Shown: in pieces, positions 52,227 through 64,000 of the stretch | Position numbering within the stretch: the stretch's first letter is position 1 | Layout of the letters: the number at the start of each line of letters is the position of its first letter | Assembly (NCBI GenBank): GCA_016748015.1 | Contig: JAAOMT010000054.1 | Span: 62,001 to 126,000 of the forward strand | Length of the DNA: 64,000 bases | Direction: 5' to 3' | From: Geosiphon pyriformis uo1 | Taxonomy: Eukaryota > Fungi > Glomeromycota | The notes under the pieces: model-generated | What the model saw: only the letters and a program-made list of their open reading frames with translations | Databases searched by the model: none | Told to the model about the DNA's origin: nothing | Program-made: the position numbers and the translations under genes

Positions 52227-55200
52227 ATGGGTGATTATTTATATCTGCCACAACAATCAAAAGAACACTTTGAAGCACACAACAAAAATAATCTAGACTT
52301 TATTAAACTTAATCTTTTGCCCTTCTGCTTAATTTGCTTCTCCATCGAAAAACAATCCAGTAGACAATTCCAAGACTTTTGGAACTGGTTTCTGAACAAG
52401 CATTCAGCTGAAACCTATACAGCCTACACAATCTATACTTTAAACAAGCTTATTTTGAAAACAACTTTAAAGAAAGAAACAACAGTATCAATCAGCTTTT
52501 ATACTCCACAACCTTTAAACAACAGCTCTCTGATTTCGAATATCTGAATCATCAAATTCACATTTGGATTGCTGTCCATTAAGCAACTGAAACTCCCTTT
52601 GAAACAAAAGAAGAAAGCTACCAAACTGCTCCTGTTTTTGATCTTTTATCAAGCAAAACAGATTTATTTACACAAACAGTTATCTTTAAACCAATGGCTA
52701 ATAACCCTATACAACAAAACATCCTGATTGCCCTTTAAGGCATACAAACTGCTTTAGGGCGAAGAAACAATACTCCACTACTATTATTTAGAAATGATGC
52801 ACAAAATCTAATTAAATAATTAGATGACTTTGAAAGAGTGGCCACAGCCAACCAACATGATAATGAATACAAGTTTCAAATTGTTGGTGGCTATTTCTAA
52901 GGCTCTTCTGCTACTTGGTTCTTACAAAAAACCAATACCAATACTCAGCAAAGAATCATTAAATAGGCACTAGCAAATGCTGAAGAAGACAACACCTCTT
53001 TTACTATTCAGTTTGAAATGAAATTTAGAACTCCTATCTTAATATCCAAATGGCATATGGAATTAGAAAAAAGAACCCAAGGTCCTGATGAAGCTGTAAC
53101 TAAATATGCAAAAGCAATCAGAAATTTAATCAAGCAGGTAGACTTTGAAAGAAACTGGACAAAAGAGCAGAAAACTTACTCCTTTACAAAAAAATTGAGA
53201 ACTGATTTTTTATATGCTCTTTGGCCTCTTCTGGCCTTAAAAAACAATTTCACAATGGATATGGCTGTTGAACTAACTCAACAAATTAAAGACAATCAAA
53301 GGATGCACTTGGGATCCACATTTCTAGTTTTTGCTCTTGCTTCTGTTATGGTCTCTGCTCCTCAAATGGCTGCTATTTCTTTCACTGCCCAAACTCCAGA
53401 TCCCAATGAACAATTAATAAATAGACTTATAGCCAATCTTGCCTAGTTATTAGAACCCTTAGCTTAAGCAGTCAGAGAAAATCAACAAACTTAAAGACTT
53501 AAATTTGAACCCCATTTTAATCAGCTTTAGCAATCTTCTTATCAAAGACAACAAAATCATGGCCCATTTGTATGTTATCACTGTGGATTAACTGGACATT
53601 TCTCCAGAGATTGCAACAATCCTCCTCCATCTTCTTTAGCTCTCAAAAACAATGACAATCAAAATAACAGAATTATTAACAACAATGTCTCCAATCAAAG
53701 ACCCAATCATACCAACATCAATTTTTTTGAAGAGGATTCTTTAGTTGAAGCCACTGTTTATCAGCCTTTAAACTGATAGGCACACTTCCAAAGGGTGAGA
53801 ATACAAGCCAACCAGAAAAAAACTTCTTTTATGCTTTTAACCTAACTAATAATGATCATGATATAAATAAACTAGCAATTAACACTTCTAAATCAACCAG
53901 AAAAAAAAAAAAGCCAAGATTAATTTCATTCTAGACCCAAACAAGGCATTCAAATTAATTGTTAATAACAATAAACCACCAAAGACTAAAATCTTTAAGA
54001 ATTCTCCAAAGTTGAAACTCCCAAAAATTGTACAAAAATCTGGATCCTATTCTGTTGTCAAAGATCTTATAGAAATGTCTGCTTACATTACCTTTGGCCA
54101 GTTAATGACCCATTCCCAATTTAGAAAAGACTTTCACAAATCTTTGATTCCCAAGAAAAAGACACCAAAGACTAACAAATACTCATGCCAAGCTGGACTT
54201 GCTGACAATAGCAATGTTATTTCTCTTATTTGTAAAGCCCAAGTGGCTGGTTATTTCATTGATCTGATCTTGGACAGTGGATTATCTGTTAGTGTCATTG
54301 TCAAACACTTCTTAGAAGCAATTGGCAGAAAGATTGATGAACCATTTACAAGACCAATAACCAATGTACATGGTGACAAGAAGAAAGATCTGGGCATAGC
54401 CAAAGCTGTTCCTGTCCAAATCAATAATATTAGCATTAAAACTGACATGGAAGTATCTGAAGTGAAAGAATACACCATAATAGTTGGCAATGAATGGCTC
54501 AAGAAAGCAAAAGCCTTGCTTGATTATGAATTCTGTGAACTGACCATCAGATGTAATAAAAAACCCATTATAGTTAAGTGTTACTATTGGACAACTTCTT
54601 TAGTACCCAAACAAAGCCAAGAAGAAAAGCAATCAAATAAATCAAATGATAAAAAAAGTGAAAAAAAAGATGAACAAAAAGAACAAAAAGAAACTGTTAA
54701 ACTTGCCTACACCATTTTTACCAGCAATGGCAAGCCATTAGATAATGCCAAAAAAAATAAAAAAAAAATTATGGTAAATAACAAGTTGATCTGCTGGCCC
54801 TACTATAATATTTTCAGAAGAATCTTTGAGAGAAAGTCTGGCAAGAAAGCAAAATACAGTTATTGATGACATGGTTCTTGTGCCCAGTGCTGGTGCAATA
54901 AACTATTGTACTCTCCTAGCAATGAATACATGTTCTGTCTAATCTATTACAAAAATTGGGAACCAATCAGCTTGATATTCCACAAAGAAATAAAAGAAGT
55001 CCAAAAGTCTTTTAAGAATAAACCATCTGAGATCTAATTATTAATTATAGAACAAAAAAAACCTTCCCCTAAAGAAAAAAAAGTGGACATTGAAAACCTA
55101 TTGGCTAAAAATAGCCCAGTTATATCCAAAGAAGGTGATGCTTCTGAATGCACTAATGTGATACAACATACTATTACCACCAAAAAAACTTGTTCCATCT

Positions 55201-57815
55201 ACTTGAAATTCTATTAATCCAACTGTCACAATAATGAATTCATTAAGAAAAAAATAAACCAAATAAAAAATCTTGGATTCATACAAGAAACCAAGAGTAA
55301 ATGGGTATTTCCAGTTGTAATAATATCCAAGAAAAGTGGAACTTTACACTTCTGTGTCAACTACTGTCAATTAAATGCCATTACTATAAGAGACATGTAC
55401 CCACTTCTCAAAATTGATGCAATGCTAGATAAATTCAATGGTGCTGCTTTTTTTCAACTATTAACTTAACTGCTGGATTCTGACAAGTAGAGATGGATCC
55501 AGAAAGCAGAAAAAAAACTGCTTTTATTGCCAAGTATGGTACTTATTAATTCACAGTCATGCCTTTTGGTCTCACCAATGCCCCTCTTACCTTTCAACAC
55601 CTAATAGACAAAGTATTTGAATCAATAAAAAAAAACTTTGTTCTGTTTTACTTAGACAAAATAATGGTTTACTCAAAAACCTGGAATGAATATCTTAAAC
55701 ACTTGCAAAAGATTTTTGATCTGCTCAGAAATGCTGGTCTCAAGATTAACCAAATCAAATCTTTTTTTAGATGCTAATCCACCCAGTTCTTTGGTTATCT
55801 TATTACAAAAGATAGAATTTTCTTTGACCCAGTTAAAGTTGAAAAAGTTCAAAACATTAAACAACCAATGAATGTTCCTAAACTATGCTTTTTTCTTGGT
55901 TTGGCCTCTTACTATCGCAAATTTATCAAGAATTTCTCCAAAATTGCCTTTTTTCTTAATCAGCTACTCAGGAAAAATGTTAATTATTACTGGAGCACTT
56001 ATTAACAAAAAGCTTTTGAAATTCTGAAGGAAAAACTTGTTACTAAACCAATTCTCAAGCAACCTGATTTGGACCAATCTTTCATCTTTCATACTGATAC
56101 ATCTGGCTATAGACTTAGTGCTGTTTTTTCACAGAAACATAAAAATAACAGAGAACATGTCATAGCATATGCCAGTAGATCCTTCACACCAGCAGAAAAG
56201 AACTATTTAATTACTAAACAAAAATGTTTAGCAGTAATTTGGGCTACTAATTACTGGAATCAATATCTTCTTGGTACAAAATTCTTAGTGATAACAGATC
56301 ATCAAGCCTTGGTTTGGCTGTGCAATAAAAAGAAGCTAAAACACAAACAAATAACTTGCTGGATACTCTACTTGGATGAATTTAACTATGATATTCAACA
56401 CCACAAAAGAACAAATCATCAAAACGCCAACACTTTTTCTAGACTTACCATCCAGTAATAGTACAACCTCTCAAACCAAACCAACTTAATTATTAGTAAC
56501 TCCTTCACAAACAAACACAATAATGGACTTAGACAACTACTCTGCCTTAATAGAATTTTTGGATAAAAGACAATATTCACCAGAATACACTTAACAACAA
56601 AGAGAATATTTGTGTAAACAATCAAATTTCTATTTGATTCACCAGAACCAGCTATATAAAAGAAATAGAAAAGATTCTAATTGCTCTCAGAAAGTTATCA
56701 GATTTGAAAAAAGAGAAATTGTAATATATAATATGCACACTAACCTATTAGCTAGACACTTTGGAAAAACAAAAACAATTCAGAAAACTTTAGCTTGCTA
56801 TTATTGGTCTATTTTGGGAAAAGACATTGCTGAATACATCAAAACCTATGACATTTGCCAAAAAAGAGGCAAACCCAATTGCAAAGAAGATATCCATCCA
56901 ATCTCTGTTTGTCAACCATTTGACAGAATTGATATAGATGTTATTGAACCTTTAACAATAACTCCTGATAACAATAGATATATTATCACAGCTACTGACT
57001 ATCTTACAAAGTGGGTAGAAGCAAGAGCCACCCCAGACCAAACAGCAGTCTCAATAGCCAATTTTATTTATGAAGATATCATTTGTTATTATGGCTGCCC
57101 CAAAGAACTTTTATTTAATAGAGAAAAAACTTTTCTCAGTACACTGGTTGAAAAACTTTGTAGAAAAATGGGAATACATTATAAACTTTTCTCTTTTTAT
57201 TACCCTCAAACAAATAGCCTAGTAGAATGTTTCAACAGAACACTATGTGAAACCCTAGCCAAAACCAGTGAAGAAACAAACTTATGAAACAAAGTACTGC
57301 CTTCAGCTTTGTTTGCTTATAGAACTGTAAATCATGACATAACAAGTTATAAATCTTTTTATCTGCTCTATGGATGCATGACAATACTACCTATAGAAAT
57401 TAACATTAAGACAATACTCTTTGAAAAAATTACAATAGAGAATTACAAAGACATTTTGCAAAGAAAACTTGGTACCATTCTTGTCTCCTTAGTAGAAGCA
57501 CGAATAATTGCTTTTGAAAAGATAAAACAGTTCTAAGAAAAGCTTAAAAGAAAGAAAACCTATAAAACACTTTCTTTAAATGTTGGTAACTTGGTATTGG
57601 AATACTGTTTAGATAAAGACAATGTGTATGGTGATAAATTTTCTAGCCAGTAGAAAAGACTCTTTATAGTCAACAAAGTTTTGAACAATGATTCTTATAT
57701 TCTTCAAGATCAATCCAGAACAATCTTTAATAATTGTCTTGTTCATAGTACATGACTCAAAAAATATTATAAACGACTTGATTGGTTGTCTGTTATGGTA
57801 ATACCAACCCAAATG
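52227..57815 (+). pseudogene. A3 gag-pol
   Basis: ORF fragments 52227, 53018, 54012, 55559, 56069, 56610 and 57309 carry Gypsy motifs in PR-RT-RH-IN order. Confidence 0.9.
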
Positions 57816-57877
57816 ATTAACAAAAATCAAGTATAAATAAATACACTATTCCCAAAACAGAGTTATCTTCAATCAAC

Positions 57878-58503
57878 ATGAATAATTATTTTCTGGATCA
57901 AAACATTCAAAACATCTTCTATACTCTCTATGAGTATTGAATCAAAAACTATCCAAATGCTACTCTGATTATTAAAAAACAGACCACTATAACTGATAAC
58001 AGTAGAACATATACTGTTATTAGACCAAAGAAAACTACTACCAGAAAAGAAAAAATTGGTAACAAAATGGATAAATATCTGTTAGAAAGTATAACAGCAG
58101 CTATACTTCCACCTTCCAGCACAATTGAAAAAACACTTCAAGAAATCTTACCCATAGACAAAAACTTGTCATATAGAAGACAATTAAAACTCTATGGTCA
58201 TCTTGGTAAAATTATAGAGAATATAAAACTTATAAAAAAAACAACTTCAGAGATACAGGCAGAAATTTTGGGCATTATATGGTTAGATGTCCCAAGAGTT
58301 TTAACTATTGCTAAATGAGCCAAAACTTTAATACAAAGATTTGGTTTCTTGGATACAAAACTCATTTTGTCTCAAGTGTTATATATTCTATCTACAAAAG
58401 ACTTCAACAAACTAGTTAGCTTTAAGTTAGATAAAACTTTTCAAATAGATTACATCATGAATAGCTTAATTTTGCTAGAGCTCAATCTTTTTGGAGAAGA
58501 TAA
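57878..58503 (+). pseudogene. A3 extra ORF after integrase
   Basis: Homologous to 13481-14106; the stops in each copy fall at different codons. Confidence 0.7.
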
Positions 58504-59614
58504 TGTTATGGTTGAAACTTATACTTTTTATTGATTATTACATGTATTAGCCACTAATGTCATATAATTAGCCATTTTATTTTTAGAAAGTGATTATTAA
58601 CCTGACTGTTGACCTGATCATTAACCTGATCATTAACCACTTTTGATAGTTATATAAGCAATGAATCTCTTAGCTATAGAAAAGCATGTAAGAATCAAAG
58701 AAAGAAAAAAAATAAAATAACAACTTTTATCTCAATTATTCTCTTATTGCTAATTTCTCTTTTCTTACCTTCAAGTATCTGAACATCTTGGGATAAAAAA
58801 TTACTTGTTGGCATTTATCTACCCTTTTTCTGACTTGTATAATTGTAGTATTTGAAGATTATTAAATAAAACGTAACTGAAGAGCATATCTAATACCTAA
58901 TATTGAATTCTAAGAGCATTAATGTAAGACATAAAATTATACTAATGTGTAATTATTTGTTGACAGTATAAACTATCTCTCTATTTTCAGATTCCCTAGT
59001 TATCTTTTGAAAAATATAGCAATTGAAATATTTTATGAGATTGATCTTACACATTGAATTCTTACTTATTTAATTTACTTCTTGAAGTTGAAATCCCTTT
59101 GATTATTTTTATCACCTTACAATCCTGTTCTTTCTTGCTATCTGTTAGCTTGTTATTTCAATTCGTAACAATATGGCAAATCTTAAGAAGAAGTGTGAAC
59201 AAGCCTGCTTGAAAAAAACATCAAATAATAATAATGATAACATAGATAAAGATGATGATGATGATGTTAAAGATTTTTCTGTTTATGATAATATCTTTGA
59301 TTTTATAATAAATTTATAGAAAGATCAGCCCTCCAGTATCAAATTCAATCCTGATCAGACTGTTAAGTGAATAAGTAATATAGTTAAGAATAGTCATGAG
59401 CTTGTTAGCATTATAAGTAAGATATACAAATTATATATGTTTAATACATTAAGTAGCAAAGGTAGTACTAATATGTAATTAGGACTTTCTGCTTGTAGTT
59501 AGCTGCATCTTGTGATTTTTATATTATTAGGTAAGCTGGCTTTATAAAGGCACCACAATTTTGTAGACATAACTAATAAATAACTGGTATGGCTACATGT
59601 TAATAAAAAAAAAA

Positions 59615-61186
59615 GATAAAGCAGCAAAGCCTTTATTTTGCTTAGCCAACTCAGTCATACTTTCCTTAACTGAAACATTCATGGCAGGTAAAATAAACAG
59701 CAATTTAGTAATCAATACAACCAAAGAGCTAATAGATTCAACCAAAGATTTTATTAACAAAGACAGTTCACTAAGATGAGATTCCAAAGAAGCCAATCTA
59801 AATTCAACAGCAATATTGGGAGCAGAAAAGACAATAAACAATATAGGTGTTGTAGCTTTGAAGGGACTATCAAGATCCAGGTTTATATTAGCAGCAGCAG
59901 CAGCAAGAAGAATCACAAAGACAGCAGCTTTGGCATAAGATTTAAAACTGGCATATGAAAATTTGAAAATTTTGGAACTACCAGAAGTATTAAAAGAGAA
60001 TTTAAGTAGAAGAGAAGGTGATTTCTTGCAATTCACAGCCAAATGATTCAAATCTTAACACTTATAGCAGTAATAACATCCAGAAGTTTCTCACCAGATG
60101 TGGCAACCATGCAAGATATCAGTTTTTAACACAACAACATTTAAAGATTCTAAAAAACCAAAGGTAATTACAGCAAAGCATTAATGTCAGTATGATTCAG
60201 AGAAGTGAGAAATGAAACACATATGGCCACCAACTTGAGAAACCAAATCACTTATCTCAAAGACAGTACAGCCAAAAGAAAGATTAACCAACTTAATCTT
60301 AAAAGCATTTCTTAAAGAAATAATATCATTTTAGTTGATAATAGGGAGAATTCTAATACTGTTTTTTCTAACCAATATAAACCAGTAAGTAAGAGCAACA
60401 GCAGTAAAAAAAGTGTCTTTGAAATAAACCACAGCATATTGCCATAAGTTAGCAAACTTCAACTTGACAGAAATAACAACACCAAAAATGCCAAACACAG
60501 TTTTGATGTTATCAAAAGAGGTATTCAAGAGTACATCATAAAGTATAATTAACAAAAAAAGAAAAGAAACAGAGGCCACACCAGAAGACTGCAATTTTAA
60601 GAGTGGTTAAAAAAACCTTATTACTAATGGCCACTTTGATAGCACCATTTAGATTCTTCTGAAATGCAAATTTCATACAGATTAACTTAACAGCATCTTG
60701 TAAAACAGATTTAACTAGGCAGCAACTGAAACAAAAAACTGAACAGAGCCATTTTGATCCTAAATGTAGCACCAAATACTAGATTAAAGGCCACCCAACC
60801 AGAGAACTTTTGACAACTATTCACATTTTCCCAAGCACTATTATCAACAGCACCAGAAAGCAGTTGATTCTATTTTTATCTGATTAGCCCAATTTTTAAG
60901 ATCATCTGAAATAATAGATTGTTTTGCTTCTGAGTTTGATAACAATCTGTCAGAGAGTACCATATTAGGCAACACAACCAGTGGTTGATCTTGGCCCATT
61001 TTGAGAGATGTGCTACTGTTGTTGCCATCCATATCAAGAAGAGGGTTAGCTGTTGCTGTCAAGATTTTACAAAGAGTTTTGGTGTTACCAAAGCAATTGC
61101 AAGTGCCAGCTGCTGTTTTTTGAAATTTTTGGCTTTTATGGCCATTTGTGAAACAGTAGTAGTAGTAGTAGTAGTAGTAGTGAGAT
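59615..61186 (-). mobile_element. Family D, internal fragment
   Basis: Co-linear with 47115-48720; ends just past the (GTA)n tract. Confidence 0.85.
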
Positions 61187-61194
61187 TTTGTAAG

Positions 61195-63015
61195 AAAAAA
61201 AAAACTTTTTTTATTCTTTGACTGCTACCACACATTTTACTATGTCTCAAATTTGGAAAATAAGTTTTTTCCAAAAGAAACTTTTAATTATAATACATTA
61301 TTACTATTACAACAGACTTAAAAGTGTCTAATAACAACACCAACAATGAAGTAACACCAATCATGCAAAAAAGTACAAGTATAGAAACTACTAACTGTAA
61401 AGACCAAACAGAAGAAAACAAAGCTTCCTCTATGGAAAAAAAAGAATATAACATAACCTAATAAAATTCAACAATTATAGAAACTACAAGACTTATTACA
61501 CCTTCATTTAGATTTGAAACTGTTAACAGACCATTTAGAAGTGTGAACACAAGTAGTGGAGATGACACATCTTTTAGAATAATTAACACTTTAAAAAAAA
61601 CAGCTCCATATAGACAAGCAACAGACTTTTTTTCAACAACAGCCAACAAATTGGAGGAAAAAACCAAAAAATACAGACACATTAAAAAAATAAGTGTAAA
61701 AGGTCTAACTGAAAGATTCAACCAAGTGATTAAAAAAGATTTATCTGAAAATATGACTGTTCAAACCAACAACTTTGTTTTACAACCAATGTTTAATAAA
61801 AGTAGAAATAGCAACAAATTCCAAATAGAAGCTTAGACTAATAAAAAGGAGGCCTTAAAGTTCCTGAAAAAAATAAATAAACCTCCAAAAGCATCTAAAG
61901 AAAACAGTAAAAGAGCTGTACAAATAGAAACAGCTTTGAGGACAGGATTAATAGTAAGAATTCTGTGTTGAAAATTGAAAAGCAAATGAACAATCTATTT
62001 ATTATAAACAAAGATAAGACTAATCTGAATGACAACTTAAAAGACATAGAAAACTCTGAATTGGGACTTTCAAGCAGAATAATAAGTCCAAGTTCAAACC
62101 AATATAGTAGTAAATCACTTGGCAAAAAATCCATGTTTATGGAACCAAACTATAATAAAGAATGGAAAACTGTGGTCTATAGAACCAAAAAACATGTGCT
62201 TTTTGTGCAGGCATTGGATATACCAGAAAAGATTATGAGAAAGAAAGTTGGGTGGATCTACAATCTTTTGGGAGATGTTAGTTACCTTTTGAGGGCTGTA
62301 ATAGTAAAGAACCAAGAAATTTGAATGGATTTCTTTCAAATAGTTGGAAGGGATCAGGCCAAAGAAATTCTGACAAGTAAAGAAATTGAATCTTTTTTAA
62401 TGGCTACTGATGACATTACCAACCAAATGGCTGGTCAAAGAAAAGTCTTGGTAAAAAATATCCTCTTAGGCATCTCAGACAAAAAAGTGGAAGCTGCCAT
62501 GAAAGAATTTGGCAAGATAAAAAATGTTCAAATCAAAGTGGCTGGAAAATGGCAATTAGCAGTGGTTGAATATAACAACCAAGAAAAAACAGAGCTGTAA
62601 ACCAATGGTCAACCATGGTAAGAAAAGATACAGTCAGAATTTACCCAATGATTAAAATCCAAAAGGTTATTGAGCAGAGAAAAACCTGAGAAGCTAAACT
62701 AGTAGGTTTACCACAGAACTATACTGTTTACTACTTGAGCACTATTCTGGATCAGATCAAAGCCTGATCCTGTTTCATCTCAAGAACCAGCAAAAATTAT
62801 ACAAGGATGGATTGTGCTTATATAGAATTTAACAGTGAAACTAGTTGCAATAGTACTATCATGAAGCCCTTAGTAATTGAAGACATACTAATTTACTAAG
62901 TGTCTACTAATGCCAAAGAGTGCCATTTTTGTTACCAGATAGGACATCTGGTTTTCAAATGTCCAACTTTGCACAAGAAAAAAAAAAAAGACACCAAGAA
63001 AGTTTCTAACAATAT
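61195..63015 (+). mobile_element. G: second LINE-ORF1-like element (RRM-RRM-CCHC), interrupted by A4
   Basis: 5' AAAACTTTTT start as in D. VLVKNILLGIS…FGKIKNVQIKVAGKWQLAVVEY…QWSTMVRKDTVRI…AKLVGLP…CHFCYQIGHLVFKC parallels the D protein. Confidence 0.75.
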
Positions 63016-64000
63016 TGTTACAGTTGAAACTCATAGTTTTTATTAGTTATCACATATATTAGCCATTAATGTCATGTAATTAGCCAACCTATTTTTAGAT
63101 AGTAATCATTGACCTGATCAATGACCTGACCATTGACTTGATCATTGACCTAATCATTGATCTGATCATTGATCTGGTTATTGACCACTTTTCATAGCTA
63201 TATAAGCAATGAGTCTCTTAGCTGTAGAAAAGTATGTTCCCAACAATTAAAGAAATATAATAAAACAACTTTCATCTCAAAAATTTTCTTATTGCTAATT
63301 TTCCTTTCCCTATCTTCAAGTATCTAAACATCTTTTGGATAAAAAATCTCTTGTTGGTGTTTATCTGCCTTTTCCTGAAATGATTAAACAAAGTATTTGA
63401 AGATTATTGAATAAAACATAACTGAAGAGCACATCTGATACTTGATATTGAATTCTAAGAGCACTGACATAAGGCATAGAATTATACCAAGTGTGATCAT
63501 TTGTTAACAGTATGGACTATCTCTCTACCTTCAGATTCTCCGGTTACCTTTGAAAAATATAGTGACTAAAATATTTTATGAGACTAATCTTGCACATTGA
63601 ATCCATACTTATTCAATTTGCTCTTTGAAGTTGAATTCCTCTTTGATTATTTCCATCACCCTACAATCCTGTTCTCCTTTGCTATCCATTAGCTTGTTAC
63701 TCCAACCCATAACATAAAAGTAGTGCTCTCTGTGAGGTTGTCAAAATTTACTTATTTCCTCATTATATGAGTGATTATTCATATCTGCCATAGCAATCAG
63801 AAGAACACTTTGCAGCACACAACAGAAATAATTTAGACTTTATTGAACTTAATCCTTTGCCTTTCTGCTTGATCTGCTTTCCTCTTGAAGAACAATCTAG
63901 TAAACAATTCCAAGACTTTTAGAACTGGTTCCTAAACAAGCACTCAGCTGAAACCTATACAGCATATACAACTTATTACTTTGACCAAGCTTATTTTGAA
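63016..64000 (+). mobile_element. Gypsy A4: 5' LTR (63016-63714), PBS and start of gag; runs off the window
   Basis: TGTTAC…CCATAACA, then taaaagtagtgctctctgtgagg and gag homologous to 52227 onward. Confidence 0.9.

Larger units (their letters stand above)
51530..59170 (+). mobile_element. Gypsy A3, full-length degenerate, inserted in D
   Basis: LTRs 51530-52174 and 58504-59170; perfect ATAT TSD; PBS 52181-52197; PPT 58493-58503. CYHCGLTGHFSRDC, LILDSG, YLDK, RH, and IN (56610-57536). Confidence 0.94.
49551..59614 (+). mobile_element. Family D, full-length; pieces 49551-51529 and 59171-59614
   Basis: 5' end AAAAACTTTTTCTCTCCT and ATG at 49576. Reading MQKD|MANLKKKCEQ across A3, stop ~59478, A10 tail at 59605-59614. 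Confidence 0.88.

Noticed and set aside
57878-58503. env gene / endogenous retrovirus
   Set aside because: No signal peptide, fusion motif or transmembrane anchor is visible; kept as an unknown extra ORF.
2315-64000. Alternative genetic code (TGA=Trp) or bacterial endosymbiont origin
   Set aside because: Stops of all three types occur at different codons in different copies, the elements are eukaryotic retrotransposons, and the host gene has a spliceosomal intron.

Overview
AT-rich eukaryotic DNA, most likely fungal. The intron style and TE families suggest Glomeromycotina/Mucoromycota, possibly Geosiphon-like (inference, not searched). The first ~1.07 kb is the 3' end of a CpG-rich host gene for a multi-pass membrane protein with one 66-nt intron. 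The remaining ~62.5 kb is a nested stack of transposable elements, most of which can be delimited by termini and target-site duplications (TSDs). (1) At least four Ty3/Gypsy families (A, B, C, E) share TGTTAC...GTAACA ends and 4-bp TSDs. B and C carry a Cys/His-rich region plus a dUTPase between protease and RT; A and B carry an extra ORF after integrase. (2) Six copies of a ~2.4-kb poly(A)-tailed non-LTR element (family D) are present, two with 12-13-bp TSDs. It encodes only an ORF1-like RRM/CCHC protein and no RT. (3) A second ORF1-like family (G), a TA-flanked TIR DNA element (H), a mini LTR element with a partial dUTPase (B1) and solo LTRs complete the set. All TE copies show strongly directional C>T/G>A mutation that extends beyond CpG (RIP-like). 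There are two assembly gaps (36405-37091, 43004-43250). No rRNA, tRNA or CRISPR features were seen.
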